Source: Escherichia phage cardinal
Sequence record: PQ567651.1
Length of the DNA stretch: 64,000 bases
Reading direction: 5' to 3' (one strand)
The notes beneath the pieces are model-generated. The model was given only the letters and a program-made list of their open reading frames with translations. It had not been told where the DNA came from and searched no databases. Below, in pieces: positions 9,019-18,227 of this stretch. Position numbers and translations under genes: made by a program. Each line of letters begins with the position of its first letter. The first letter of the stretch is position 1.

Positions 9019-9363
9019 TTATTCAAAAGAATCAATTCGATTTTGTTCTATGTCAATTGCAGCTTCTAAGATAAGTTTTAATGCTTCAAATTGCAAGTCT
9101 TCCTCTAAAGAGAAGACATATAAAACAACGGATTCCAAGTAAGACAGCACTCCAAGACTAAGCGTTGCAATCTCTACTCCTGCATCGGAGAAACCTGTTT
9201 GCAAAACTTCTTTGAAGAAACGTTGTTTATCAACAATAGCAGATAAGATAAGCGTTTTACGCTCGTCTGCTGATCGTACTGTGCAGTATATGTTGCTAAA
9301 AGAATCTAGCCACATTTTGATCATACCTTGTCGGTACATAAGGATTTCAATATCAGCCAACAT
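9019..9363 (-). CDS. hypothetical protein
   Basis: ORF; start set at internal ATG (MLADIEIL) adjacent to upstream stop. Confidence 0.45.
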   Translation of the reverse strand: MLADIEILMYRQGMIKMWLDSFSNIYCTVRSADERKTLILSAIVDKQRFFKEVLQTGFSDAGVEIATLSLGVLSYLESVVLYVFSLEEDLQFEALKLILEAAIDIEQNRIDSFE

Positions 9364-9364
9364 A

Positions 9365-9532
9365 TTATCTCTCCTCTGGAGAAAGATTTGCATTAATTTG
9401 ATAGTAAAAATCAAAATCCTTGTGTTGATCGCACCATTCTTGAGCTTCTTTAAATGACGCAAATTGCATAGTGAATGTTGCCATCCACGTGTTCATACTT
9501 TTATTGAACTTGTCGATAAAAAATGTTTGCAT
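9365..9532 (-). CDS. hypothetical protein
   Basis: GGGAGGA RBS then ATG overlapping upstream stop (TAATG). Confidence 0.45.
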   Translation of the reverse strand: MQTFFIDKFNKSMNTWMATFTMQFASFKEAQEWCDQHKDFDFYYQINANLSPEER

Positions 9533-9750
9533 TATTCCTCCCATTTTATCCAAAGGCAGTATTCTGGAACATAAACCTCCTTCCCTTTGTTATTTACAAA
9601 GGTGTACTCCACAAATTCTGCTTTATATGTTTTGTTATATTCCTGTGCTGCTGGCACAGGACATTTTGTAATGCGCGTTTCAGTCCAACGGCGGTGTATA
9701 ACCGCCTTGTTCTTTGGATCAAACGGATGTATAAAGTGTGTTTTACTCAT
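9532..9750 (-). CDS. hypothetical protein
   Basis: 72-aa ORF from first ATG. Confidence 0.45.
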   Translation of the reverse strand: MSKTHFIHPFDPKNKAVIHRRWTETRITKCPVPAAQEYNKTYKAEFVEYTFVNNKGKEVYVPEYCLWIKWEE

Positions 9751-10147
9751 GCGCCATTTCCACAAGATTTTTAATCATAGTTTCTCGACAGAGATTCCAC
9801 ATGTCCGAAGCAACCATAGCAGCATATTCATCGGGGTTGGATTCTGGTAAAATCTCTTTAACTGCTTCTGGTGTCGGGTTGCACATAGCAGGTAGTGCTT
9901 TAAGTGCATCTTCAATAGAGAGCTTTTTACCTTCACTGTAAATAACTTCGTAAGCATAGTCATTTACATCTTCTGGAATATCTTGATCCAGGTAACGCAC
10001 AGTAGAGTTATGCATTTTGTTCATAGCTTCACTAACACCAGCGCCACAAAGCTGTGCAACTTCTTTAGAGATACAGTCACAAATAACAACTTCGTAAGGC
10101 TTTCCACCATAATACTGCGCATTATATTTGATTTTAACAGACCACAT
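9743..10147 (-). CDS. hypothetical protein
   Basis: 134-aa ORF with AAGGAGAG RBS. Confidence 0.55.
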   Translation of the reverse strand: MWSVKIKYNAQYYGGKPYEVVICDCISKEVAQLCGAGVSEAMNKMHNSTVRYLDQDIPEDVNDYAYEVIYSEGKKLSIEDALKALPAMCNPTPEAVKEILPESNPDEYAAMVASDMWNLCRETMIKNLVEMAHE

Positions 10148-10157
10148 ATTACTCTCC

Positions 10158-10844
10158 TTATTTAACGTGTTTTAGCAATTCAATGTTGGCAGAATAGTTT
10201 TCACCACAATTAGTAACGCTCAACAGTGACCATTTACAAGAGAATACACCTTTTAGATGATCTGGAACACACATCAGCGGAACATAAACTGTTTCTGAAT
10301 CTTGTGTTTGCTCTGTTTTGTTAACATTGCAACAAAATGGCAATACATCATCATGAATCATTTTACATTCACTCAAATTATCTAACATATGTGAAACTTG
10401 TTCTGAAGTTTCAAACATTTGTGCTTCACAAGCCAGCGCACCAACCACTTGATAAGCCTCTCCACACAAATCTTCTAGTTCTAAAATACGTTCAGACATA
10501 GCTTCGATGATTGCTGATCGTGCTTTCACCTTAGTTTCTGCTTCTTTAATTTTCTTCTCAAGTTCTGTAATGTACTTCAGTAGTGCACTAACAACATCTG
10601 GAGTATTTTCTTGATCATCTTGGGAAATTTTTACCAAAGAAGAAGCTGCTTTGCAGCGCACTTTAGGCTCTACGTAGCCAAAAGTCATATTTTCCGAAGA
10701 AGATTGTTGTGAAAACCAGTGTTTGTTCGAAGAAAACACAGGTTCATCTTCAAACCAGAACACATCTCCAGTGATATCACGAGCCATGAAATTTGCATTG
10801 TCTGGAACTTCGTAACGATGCCCTTCAAACATAATCTCTTTCAT
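10158..10844 (-). CDS. hypothetical protein
   Basis: 228-aa ORF; start overlaps upstream stop. Confidence 0.55.
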   Translation of the reverse strand: MKEIMFEGHRYEVPDNANFMARDITGDVFWFEDEPVFSSNKHWFSQQSSSENMTFGYVEPKVRCKAASSLVKISQDDQENTPDVVSALLKYITELEKKIKEAETKVKARSAIIEAMSERILELEDLCGEAYQVVGALACEAQMFETSEQVSHMLDNLSECKMIHDDVLPFCCNVNKTEQTQDSETVYVPLMCVPDHLKGVFSCKWSLLSVTNCGENYSANIELLKHVK

Positions 10845-11254
10845 TACACATCCTCCATTTGGAACATCTTCTTGTGGTTAGAATAGATCTGTTTGAAAAT
10901 CTTGTCAAGGCGTTCATATGATTCTTTATGCTCTTGTTTCCATCCATGATTTCGGATTTTATCTGCCAGGTCATAAGCCTCGCATAAAACTTTGGCAAAG
11001 TTGGTATTATCTATAGCACAAGCCTCAAAACCTTGAACTAAACCCTCTACATCATACCACGTATAGTCAGAGTCACTAGGAGTCTTTCCTGCATCGGCTA
11101 AACGTTGCCTCACCCATTCGATACGTTTTTCATTTAAATGGCACTTACCTTCTCTACACTCTTGTTCTAATTCTTCTTTAGATTCGTTGAATGGGTGAAG
11201 GACAGGAAGTTCTGCTTTTTGCAATTGCTCCAGGTATTCACCTACAATGCGCAT
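10844..11254 (-). CDS. hypothetical protein
   Basis: 136-aa ORF. Confidence 0.55.
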   Translation of the reverse strand: MRIVGEYLEQLQKAELPVLHPFNESKEELEQECREGKCHLNEKRIEWVRQRLADAGKTPSDSDYTWYDVEGLVQGFEACAIDNTNFAKVLCEAYDLADKIRNHGWKQEHKESYERLDKIFKQIYSNHKKMFQMEDV

Positions 11255-11258
11255 AGCT

Positions 11259-11426
11259 TCACTGTGTACACTTTCTGCCTGTGTGCCAATAACGGAAGAT
11301 ACTTTCTGTTAAACAGATGTTTTTACTAAACATCGCATTGTCTTTAACATTCGATCTATTAACCCAGTCTAAGTAATATACATAAAACTGCAATAATTCA
11401 TAACTGCTTGGTATAACTTTACTCAT
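11259..11426 (-). CDS. hypothetical small protein, 55 aa
   Basis: strong AAGGAGAGG RBS; not in ORF track. Confidence 0.45.
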   Translation of the reverse strand: MSKVIPSSYELLQFYVYYLDWVNRSNVKDNAMFSKNICLTESIFRYWHTGRKCTQ

Positions 11427-11604
11427 AACCTCTCCTTAATTGTGCAAAATGTTATCGATCAGTATGACTAATAGTACGAGGATAGAAGGGAGTAGGAATA
11501 GAAATCTTAACATTATGTGATGCGTGTGAGAAGCGGCTTTAGCGCCAGCCGCCAATAAGCCTACTAATCCTACAATAAAGAGCAGTTGTTCAGGGACACC
11601 CATA

Positions 11605-11829
11605 TTATGGAACACTTGGATACTCCGTAAGTTCGGCTAATAGTTGGATATGTGGACACGTGAATTGTTGTCCTGGATAGCGTGAGCTAATATCATCCAG
11701 TAAAGCAATCACAGCATTGTGCAATGCTTCGTAATCTTCATAATACACCATCTCTCCATTAGGATCTTCAACAATATCACAGTGGCAAGCGTGAGCAGTA
11801 CACGCATCCCATTCCAGACGTTTTACCAT
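11605..11829 (-). CDS. small Cys/His-rich protein
   Basis: 74 aa; AGGAGGG RBS. Confidence 0.5.
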   Translation of the reverse strand: MVKRLEWDACTAHACHCDIVEDPNGEMVYYEDYEALHNAVIALLDDISSRYPGQQFTCPHIQLLAELTEYPSVP

Positions 11830-11875
11830 AAACCCTCCTATTTATATATCAAGAAACACAAAAGAATAACATCTA

Positions 11876-12124
11876 TCACCAAACCGTTACTACTCCGGTA
11901 CGTAGCGTCTCTTCATGTCCCCAAATATCCGCTTCAATTGTAATTACAACCCACTCCGTGCTCCACTGAATACCAGTGATCTCTGTGAGATGTGCAGCTT
12001 CACGTTGTAGTGAGGCTGTGTCTGTAAGAGACGCACGTAAAGCATCCAATTCTTGTTCAATTTTGGTACGTTCTTCTTCGGTAATCGGTGTACCAACACG
12101 ATCAAAGGTAAAAATATCTAACAT
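11876..12124 (-). CDS. hypothetical protein
   Basis: 82-aa ORF, AGGAGGG RBS. Confidence 0.5.
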   Translation of the reverse strand: MLDIFTFDRVGTPITEEERTKIEQELDALRASLTDTASLQREAAHLTEITGIQWSTEWVVITIEADIWGHEETLRTGVVTVW

Positions 12125-12133
12125 ACTTCCCTC

Positions 12134-12343
12134 CTAATTATAATTCACATAGCGCCCACAATCCTGTTCAAGAAATTTTTCAGCATCCCTTTGGTGCTTT
12201 AACACGATGCACTGTTCTTTTTTAGCTTCACTTTCACGAGCTTCTCTTGCCATATACTCACCTAAACGAATGATACTAGAGAATAACACGTATGCAAGAA
12301 TAAGACAAACAGTGATTGCACAGAAAGTTTTAAACTTAACCAT
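12134..12343 (-). CDS. small membrane-anchored protein (paralog of 7124-7348)
   Basis: hydrophobic N-terminus; C-terminal EQCIVLKHQRDAEKFL...YVNYN matches EKCIILKHKKQAEDFL...YIDYE; GGAGGA RBS. Confidence 0.5.
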   Translation of the reverse strand: MVKFKTFCAITVCLILAYVLFSSIIRLGEYMAREARESEAKKEQCIVLKHQRDAEKFLEQDCGRYVNYN

Positions 12344-12686
12344 TGTATTCCTCCATATCACGAATACGATCAATCACCCATTGTACACGTTCTTTATTAA
12401 GGTGTGCAATGCCTAGTTCTGTTTCCGTAAAGTAGTGCGAGAAATCCGTATTAAACGGATGTAAATGGTTCAAACCCGCTTTCTTAAATTGTTCCTTCAT
12501 TTCCTCTCGTACAGAGGATTGGAGCTTTGATACATTCTCAACATCTTTTATCCAAGCAATATTGTACAAGAAGTCTACAAGACACGTGCAAAGACCATAA
12601 TGCTTTTTGCTAAAGTTTGTATCTTCTTGTTCTAACCACCACTCATAAAATTGTAGCAAATAGGAGCTGCTTTTCATGTTACACAC
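12336..12686 (-). CDS. hypothetical protein
   Basis: 116-aa ORF, AGGAGA RBS (possible GTG start). Confidence 0.45.
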   Translation of the reverse strand: MCNMKSSSYLLQFYEWWLEQEDTNFSKKHYGLCTCLVDFLYNIAWIKDVENVSKLQSSVREEMKEQFKKAGLNHLHPFNTDFSHYFTETELGIAHLNKERVQWVIDRIRDMEEYNG

Positions 12687-12699
12687 TTTATTATTCTCC

Positions 12700-12999
12700 T
12701 TAATACCAGTCTACGATCACTGAATCTACAAAGCCCTCTTTGGTGTTTAAAGCATACACCTTACTAAGCCCATGCTCTCGTAGTGCTTCCATAGCAAGAT
12801 CAATCAAATCAACTTGTCGTTTCTTTGCTTGTTCATTTTTTGGATAGTCATCCAAACCGAAAACAGACGGTTTAAATGCTTTGGAGTATTTGCCAGTTTT
12901 AGCCTGATCATAACAGTCCTGAATAATTTCCTCAATAGGAAACCATAAACCTTCTCCACTTTGCTTTGCAATACAGCGCAGTTTTTCTGTAATAGTCAT
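12700..12999 (-). CDS. hypothetical protein
   Basis: 99-aa ORF, AGGAGAGG RBS. Confidence 0.5.
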   Translation of the reverse strand: MTITEKLRCIAKQSGEGLWFPIEEIIQDCYDQAKTGKYSKAFKPSVFGLDDYPKNEQAKKRQVDLIDLAMEALREHGLSKVYALNTKEGFVDSVIVDWY

Positions 13000-13208
13000 T
13001 CTTCCTCTCCTTTCAATTTACACTCAAAGATACCATTCTTAATGTTATCTGTCAAATAAAGGCTATCTTCTATCTCTTCTTTTGTATACACATAAGCCTC
13101 CTTTTCCACGTCTGTCAGACCTTGCATCGGAGCTAGTAGCCACCAGCCCCGCCAGTCAAACATAGGAGACTTATCAGATACACGAAGAATGTATCTGTCA
13201 TTACACAT
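12996..13208 (-). CDS. hypothetical protein
   Basis: 70-aa ORF. Confidence 0.45.
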   Translation of the reverse strand: MCNDRYILRVSDKSPMFDWRGWWLLAPMQGLTDVEKEAYVYTKEEIEDSLYLTDNIKNGIFECKLKGEEE

Positions 13209-13211
13209 ATA

Positions 13212-13664
13212 TTATACGATGTTCACACTAATATCTGCAACACCAACAAGAGAATAGACTTCAACTACACTTTGTGTACGATCCAGCTTGTAACGTTTCG
13301 CCTCTTTTTCAACTTCCTCACGGGAGATGGTTTCCATGATCGGAACTCCATCCACTACAAGCAGGTATTTCTCTTCGTGTTTACTTTTTGGTGCTTCCTC
13401 TAAGACTTCTACAAAATACTCAAACTCACTTTTTGCAAGCAACGTGTAACACTGAAGAAAGTCTCCTTCATTTTGAGCGATAATTTCTTGTTCTCCTGCT
13501 AAGGATTGCAAAGCAGTGACACCATACCAATCATCCACATCTAATACACGAAAATAAGAATCACCTAAAAAAGAAGCAATCCTGCTATTGCACTCAGACA
13601 CGTTAGCAAACTTACGGATATAAGATGGGTTTTTAAAACGATACACTTTACCAATTTCAAACAT
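13212..13664 (-). CDS. hypothetical protein
   Basis: 150-aa ORF. Confidence 0.5.
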   Translation of the reverse strand: MFEIGKVYRFKNPSYIRKFANVSECNSRIASFLGDSYFRVLDVDDWYGVTALQSLAGEQEIIAQNEGDFLQCYTLLAKSEFEYFVEVLEEAPKSKHEEKYLLVVDGVPIMETISREEVEKEAKRYKLDRTQSVVEVYSLVGVADISVNIV

Positions 13665-13675
13665 TACACAAATCC

Positions 13676-13852
13676 TTATTGTTCAAGAGTAAAAGGAATG
13701 ATTTCACCATAGCTGTATTGCATGGCATTCACTTCTGCTTCTGCACGTTGTGCTAGTTCTAATGTTGCACAGATTTTGTAAGGTACAGTGCTGCATTGGC
13801 TCCAGCCTGGGGTATTCTTTGTTACTAAGTACACAGTAGTCTCTTTATCCAT
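13676..13852 (-). CDS. hypothetical small protein, 58 aa
   Basis: AAGAGGAAAAG RBS; not in track. Confidence 0.45.
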   Translation of the reverse strand: MDKETTVYLVTKNTPGWSQCSTVPYKICATLELAQRAEAEVNAMQYSYGEIIPFTLEQ

Positions 13853-13866
13853 CTTCTTTTCCTCTT

Positions 13867-14082
13867 TTAAACAGTATATTCGTGTGGAAGGAAAACATAG
13901 TCTTCTCCTTCAACAACATCAACTACTTCCCACTTCCAGCCAGGTACTTGGCTCATTGTCTTGAATGACACATAAGCAACTCCGCTGTAAGCGATATCGG
14001 CATCTAACATAAGAGGGAAAGCAACGTGTGTCAATCCCAGATAACCACAATTATTTTCAATACACACCTGAATGCTTTTCAT
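13867..14082 (-). CDS. hypothetical protein
   Basis: ORF trimmed to ATG next to upstream stop. Confidence 0.45.
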   Translation of the reverse strand: MKSIQVCIENNCGYLGLTHVAFPLMLDADIAYSGVAYVSFKTMSQVPGWKWEVVDVVEGEDYVFLPHEYTV

Positions 14083-14083
14083 G

Positions 14084-14542
14084 TTATGCTCCATTAAAGA
14101 CGGGGCGTGTAGCATTACGTTCATCATTCACTGTAATAAGGTTTTTCATAACCATAACACCCTGAATATAGCCTAACCAACGATGGCGTTTGGTTTCAGA
14201 CATACCATTACACCCATCCTGAATTTCATTCAACATCCACAGTAAGTGGGAAGCACCTGTTTCACTGGTATCTGGATCTTCTACAGAACTAAGAATCGTT
14301 TCATAGCGTTCACAAATTTCTGGGTAGAATTCATAATCCTGTTGTACATCTCGCATTTCTCGAATGAAGTGACGAGCAATAGGCTTCCCACGAAAATATT
14401 CATTGATGAAATCAATAACACACATCTCACTGCCTGTCACCACGGAAGGCGTTCCTATGTTAAATTGAACACTCACACCGCATTCTTTTACAAGATTATG
14501 TACACGCTCAGTGTTAGCAAGATACAAAGATACAGTTTTCAT
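14084..14542 (-). CDS. hypothetical protein (first gene of leftward block)
   Basis: 152-aa ORF next to the large non-coding region. Confidence 0.5.
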   Translation of the reverse strand: MKTVSLYLANTERVHNLVKECGVSVQFNIGTPSVVTGSEMCVIDFINEYFRGKPIARHFIREMRDVQQDYEFYPEICERYETILSSVEDPDTSETGASHLLWMLNEIQDGCNGMSETKRHRWLGYIQGVMVMKNLITVNDERNATRPVFNGA

Positions 14543-15000
14543 TTACACCTCTCATTAGTAGTTTGTTATGCGCGATATTGCATATTTTATGGAACACAGT
14601 GTACAGACATTTCTATTCAATGCAAGCATTATTTGCATCTTATAAATTTACGTCTCATGCCACACATCATACAGCGTCTTTTCATCTATTACAAGAACAG
14701 CAACCTAGGAACATCATTAATGGAGGGATTAGTATAGGGATTAGTATAGGATTTCCCTATCAATTATTCTATATATACCTAATATTTTTAACACACCCCT
14801 TTGTACATAATATAGACAAATAAATATCTATGCCACAAAAATTTTCTGGTATACCCGATTTATTTCGACACACCCCCTTTTCATAAGCGTAAAGTCAATA
14901 ATATCAATAACTTGCCGCAAAATACTGCTCGCTTGCGAGAGGTGCTTAACGCGATTTTCAGCGCCCCCCCGATTTCTGCCGACCGTCCCCCTCAAATATC

Positions 15001-15036
15001 AATGAGAATAATTATCATTTGCATTATCATTCAATG
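15001..15036. promoter_or_regulatory. Fur-box-like palindromic site(s)
   Basis: aatgagaataattatcatttgcattatcattcaatg; overlapping (n)AT(a/t)AT hexamers. Confidence 0.4.
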
Positions 15037-15198
15037 ACTTATAAGACTTTTGATTATTTTCTGAGCAAGAAAGGTACTACTCACAACAAAACAGATAAAT
15101 TCTAAGTAAATCAATGGCTTGGCAAGTCTAAACATCTATATACACCTTGCCAAATGAAATGATCTGGCGTGAAATAGTGCCACCCGTGGAAGATAGCT

Positions 15199-15217
15199 GA
15201 TAATGATTATCATTTGC
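15199..15217. promoter_or_regulatory. Fur-box-like 19-mer
   Basis: GATAATGATTATCATTTGC vs E. coli Fur consensus GATAATGATAATCATTATC (16/19). Confidence 0.45.
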
Positions 15218-15450
15218 ATACTTTCTGTACTATAAAACCGACTAAAAATCAAGATAATTCTGATTTATTGCGCTTTTAAGAGAGTAGGCTCAACAAATAA
15301 CAACAAATGAGGTATGTTATAGGGGCAATAGTATGAAAAATCATCTATTCAGATGTAAATAATTTTGCGCAATAGTGGTAATATTTTTCTTGACAAGAAA
15401 GATTTCTTTGTGTGCACATAGCGCCCCTGGAGGGTGGCGCATTATGATCA

Positions 15451-15504
15451 TCAGTGTCATTATTCATTTCAGTGTCATTATTCATTTCAGTGTCATTATT
15501 CACC
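15451..15504. repeat. tandem direct repeat, 3 x 18 bp
   Basis: tcagtgtcattattcatt repeated three times head-to-tail. Confidence 0.9.
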
Positions 15505-15604
15505 ATGTTTATTATTGCATAGCTTATTATATGGAGCTTATATTATAGCCAATGTTCTAAACATTAGCTAATAATAACGCACCGCAACAATGTAAGGGAT
15601 ACAA

Positions 15605-15745
15605 TATACCATGTATATTGTTGCGCTTGCAATTGTTGCAAGCTACATAAGCACAAATAATAACTATCGGTGATGGTTATTATGTGGGGTGTGTAGTTGC
15701 GTTATTATTAGCCGCCTATGTGTCCGGCATAGGCTGCTAATGATA
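15605..15745. repeat. inverted-repeat cluster
   Basis: gcttgcaa-ttg-ttgcaagc palindrome and gccgcctatg...cataggctgc hairpin. Confidence 0.6.
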
Positions 15746-15779
15746 CGCTTGCGAATTATATTTCTTGTTATAGTTATTG

Positions 15780-16203
15780 TATGGAATGATTACTACATGA
15801 AATGGTTACTGTATGAAATGATTATCTAAGTAATAGATAGGAAGGTAAAGATTAGATCATAAATAGATAGGATGTGAATTATTTAGTAATGTTACTAACA
15901 ATTTAATAGTTACTTTGTGCAACAATTCGATAGATTATAATTGTAGTTTTAAGGGTTAGATAGATTATATTTAGCTTAGTAATGATTTATATTAGTTATT
16001 ATTGTTTAATACAATGTTATCAATGAGATAGTAACAGTAAGTTATAAATAAAGGTGAGATAATTAGTTTTAATTTAGTTAGATAACTTATTATTTTATAG
16101 GTTAGATGGTCTTAAGTTAAGAATGATTCTCATTATTGCATTATGCAATTTATTGCATAAATAATCAGCTATAAATAAGAATGATTATCATTTAAGAGGA
16201 AAG
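15780..16203. repeat. AT-rich iteron-like region with Fur-box-like sites near 3' end
   Basis: repeated tagatag(g) and atgaaatg(g/a)tta motifs; agaatgattctcattattgc and agaatgattatcattta near 16120-16203. Confidence 0.5.
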
Positions 16204-16402
16204 ACAAGAAAAAGGCTGTTTTTGCCAGGTAATTACATGAAGAAATTAAAAATAAGCGGTCTAAAACACGTTGTAAGCGCCTTATGATCTTCATGGTATG
16301 GTTGTTCATCTGCTCCTTGATTAGCTCGATACCGCGATCTATTCACTTTTTTCGGTGAACGTTTTTGATAGGTAAAAGCTATCATCTTTATTTAGGTAAA
16401 AA

Positions 16403-16430
16403 GAAAGGGCGCAATAAGCGCCCTTGTTTG
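16403..16430 (-). terminator. hairpin terminator after gene 16440-16811
   Basis: aagggcgc-aataa-gcgccctt plus T-run on minus strand. Confidence 0.5.
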
Positions 16431-16439
16431 AAATGTTAT

Positions 16440-16811
16440 TTACTGATAAGCTGGATCGTTTGTTATATCAATCCAATGAGATAAATTAATTTTATTTTTT
16501 GCTTTCATTTTCTCGATCAAACGTTCGGCTAATGTTTCTGAACGAATATAAACATGCTCGCTAAAATCTTGCCCCGTTTCTTCGTCGATCATTTCTCTAT
16601 ATTCAACCTTGCCGATAAACGCATAAGTTTTACCCGTGTACCAGTTATGTAAATGGATCTCGCATTTATAATCATCGCTATACCCTTCGGTTGTTCTAAC
16701 TTCAACCAAGTCACCTTTAAACACTGATAAGCACCACATAGGATCACGATCTACAGCGCCGTTAAAATCTTTACCGTTTACAGTAGCCGCCAGGTTGATG
16801 ATATTGCTCAT
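16440..16811 (-). CDS. hypothetical protein
   Basis: 123-aa ORF with GAGGAA RBS. Confidence 0.55.
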   Translation of the reverse strand: MSNIINLAATVNGKDFNGAVDRDPMWCLSVFKGDLVEVRTTEGYSDDYKCEIHLHNWYTGKTYAFIGKVEYREMIDEETGQDFSEHVYIRSETLAERLIEKMKAKNKINLSHWIDITNDPAYQ

Positions 16812-16886
16812 GGTGATTCCTCGTTTACCGTTTAAAATGATTTGCCCTACACGATAACTATAAGTTAACAGAGGCTATAAAGCAAG

Positions 16887-17117
16887 TTATTTTTCAAAAA
16901 ATTTTTCTACTGTGATATTCTTCCCAGTGGGATTAGCTACTTTCAAAATTTTATCATGTACTGGACGCCCAAAAGAATAAGATCCGTATACAGTAAACCA
17001 ATAATCACCGTCAGGCTGTACTATCACCGCTGCATAGGGTACGCCTTTTTCGTTATTGCTGACAGAATAGATCACATTGCCGTTAATAGCTTCAGCGCGT
17101 TTAATTTGTTCGATCAT
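16887..17117 (-). CDS. hypothetical protein
   Basis: 76-aa ORF preceded by promoter/stem-loop cassette. Confidence 0.55.
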   Translation of the reverse strand: MIEQIKRAEAINGNVIYSVSNNEKGVPYAAVIVQPDGDYWFTVYGSYSFGRPVHDKILKVANPTGKNITVEKFFEK

Positions 17118-17134
17118 GATATGATTCCTATATT

Positions 17135-17195
17135 GAGCGGGAAACCACTTCCCGCCTTACGTGATACATCTTAGTATAAGGGCGATCCGGTGTCA
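17135..17195 (-). promoter_or_regulatory. promoter + 5' stem-loop cassette
   Basis: minus strand: TTGACA-N17-TAAGAT then GGCGGGAAGTGGTTTCCCGC hairpin before RBS. Confidence 0.6.
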
Positions 17196-17317
17196 ATAGG
17201 TAGAATTGTAAAGATTTGATAGTTTATTTCTTTGATGTTTTGTTATTTGATAGGTGGAAGCTATCAATATATAATAAGATCGTCCGGTGATTATCTTCCC
17301 CTGCTCCCAGGTGCCGC

Positions 17318-17352
17318 CCGTTCAATAAGCATAACAAAAAACAGGACAAAAA
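17318..17352 (-). terminator. hairpin terminator after gene 17373-17576
   Basis: acagg...cctgt stem followed by T-run on minus strand. Confidence 0.4.
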
Positions 17353-17372
17353 CAAGCCCTGTTTTGTAAAGA

Positions 17373-17576
17373 TTAGATGATCTGCATATCCTCCACGATA
17401 ATTTCTAATTTCCAAACAAGATGATCTAAGCTCCCTGATAAAAATGATTCCGATACATAACCGCCATCTGACACCGTAGCAAGGATCTCGCCATTTGCTT
17501 GCTCTTTGATTTGAACATCCAGGCGGTTAGCCTTTGCTTTATTCAGGACGGCGATCAGGCGGTTAGCTGTAGTCAT
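17373..17576 (-). CDS. hypothetical protein
   Basis: 67-aa ORF with GGAAGGAAA RBS. Confidence 0.5.
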   Translation of the reverse strand: MTTANRLIAVLNKAKANRLDVQIKEQANGEILATVSDGGYVSESFLSGSLDHLVWKLEIIVEDMQII

Positions 17577-17590
17577 GGTGTTTTCCTTCC

Positions 17591-17654
17591 AGTTGTGAGC
17601 GGCACTATTGCCGCCCTACGAAATACATTCTACCCGATTTATAATTGTTGTCAA
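17591..17654 (-). promoter_or_regulatory. promoter + 5' stem-loop cassette
   Basis: TTGACA-N16-TAGAAT then GGGCGGCAATAGTGCCGCTC hairpin. Confidence 0.55.
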
Positions 17655-17655
17655 A

Positions 17656-17925
17656 CTATTTTTTCAAGCTCGACCAGTCAAAACACGGGGCGATCTCGTT
17701 AAAACTTGTACCATGTAAAGCACATAATTTTTTAGCAATAGCCGCCGTAACCTGGCGTTGTACGCGCGGATCTGCTACTGATTGGAGAAAATAGGCGGTT
17801 TTATATGTGATCATGCTTTCGCCTGTTTCCTTGTTAACGTGGTGCACGGTTTTAGCCTTATCATCTTTTACCAGGGTGTAACCGGATTCGATGGCCTTGA
17901 TTGCAACGTCCAAAGATATTTTCAT
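17656..17925 (-). CDS. hypothetical protein
   Basis: 89-aa ORF. Confidence 0.5.
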   Translation of the reverse strand: MKISLDVAIKAIESGYTLVKDDKAKTVHHVNKETGESMITYKTAYFLQSVADPRVQRQVTAAIAKKLCALHGTSFNEIAPCFDWSSLKK

Positions 17926-17972
17926 GATTTACCTCTTTATTGACGGCGGGGAATACTCCCCCGCCTTATTAA

Positions 17973-18143
17973 TTACTCTTCATCGTCGCCGTTATAGTAT
18001 TCAATGCCGTTTTCATCGGTTACAGTAATGTTAACGCCACCGATAGCAACACGATCACGGGCAAACGTCATGGCTTCATTTAAATCTTCAGACCAAAAAA
18101 TATTGTGACCTTTGCGCGATACATAAAACATAGTTGGGATCAT
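17973..18143 (-). CDS. hypothetical small protein, 56 aa
   Basis: ATG after cassette at 18166-18226; not in track. Confidence 0.45.
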   Translation of the reverse strand: MIPTMFYVSRKGHNIFWSEDLNEAMTFARDRVAIGGVNITVTDENGIEYYNGDDEE

Positions 18144-18165
18144 GATTTGTTTCTCTTCTGTTGTG

Positions 18166-18226
18166 AGCGGGAAACCATTTCCCGCCCTATGTGATAAACT
18201 TTACTACGTTGTTTGCCTAGTGTCAA
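18166..18226 (-). promoter_or_regulatory. promoter + 5' stem-loop cassette
   Basis: TTGACA-N17-TAAAGT then cacatag-GGCGGGAAATGGTTTCCCGC. Confidence 0.6.
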
Positions 18227-18227
18227 A

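Noticed and set aside
14246-14823. Plus-strand track ORFs 14246-14737 and 14563-14823
   Set aside because: They overlap the end of a convincing minus-strand gene and run into repeat-rich non-coding DNA; no RBS.
15451-15504. Possible CRISPR array (short tandem repeats)
   Set aside because: Only three identical 18-bp units head-to-tail with no spacers; no cas genes nearby.
17224-17415. 63-aa minus-strand track ORF
   Set aside because: Overlaps a terminator hairpin and the start of 17373-17576, has no RBS and is low-complexity.
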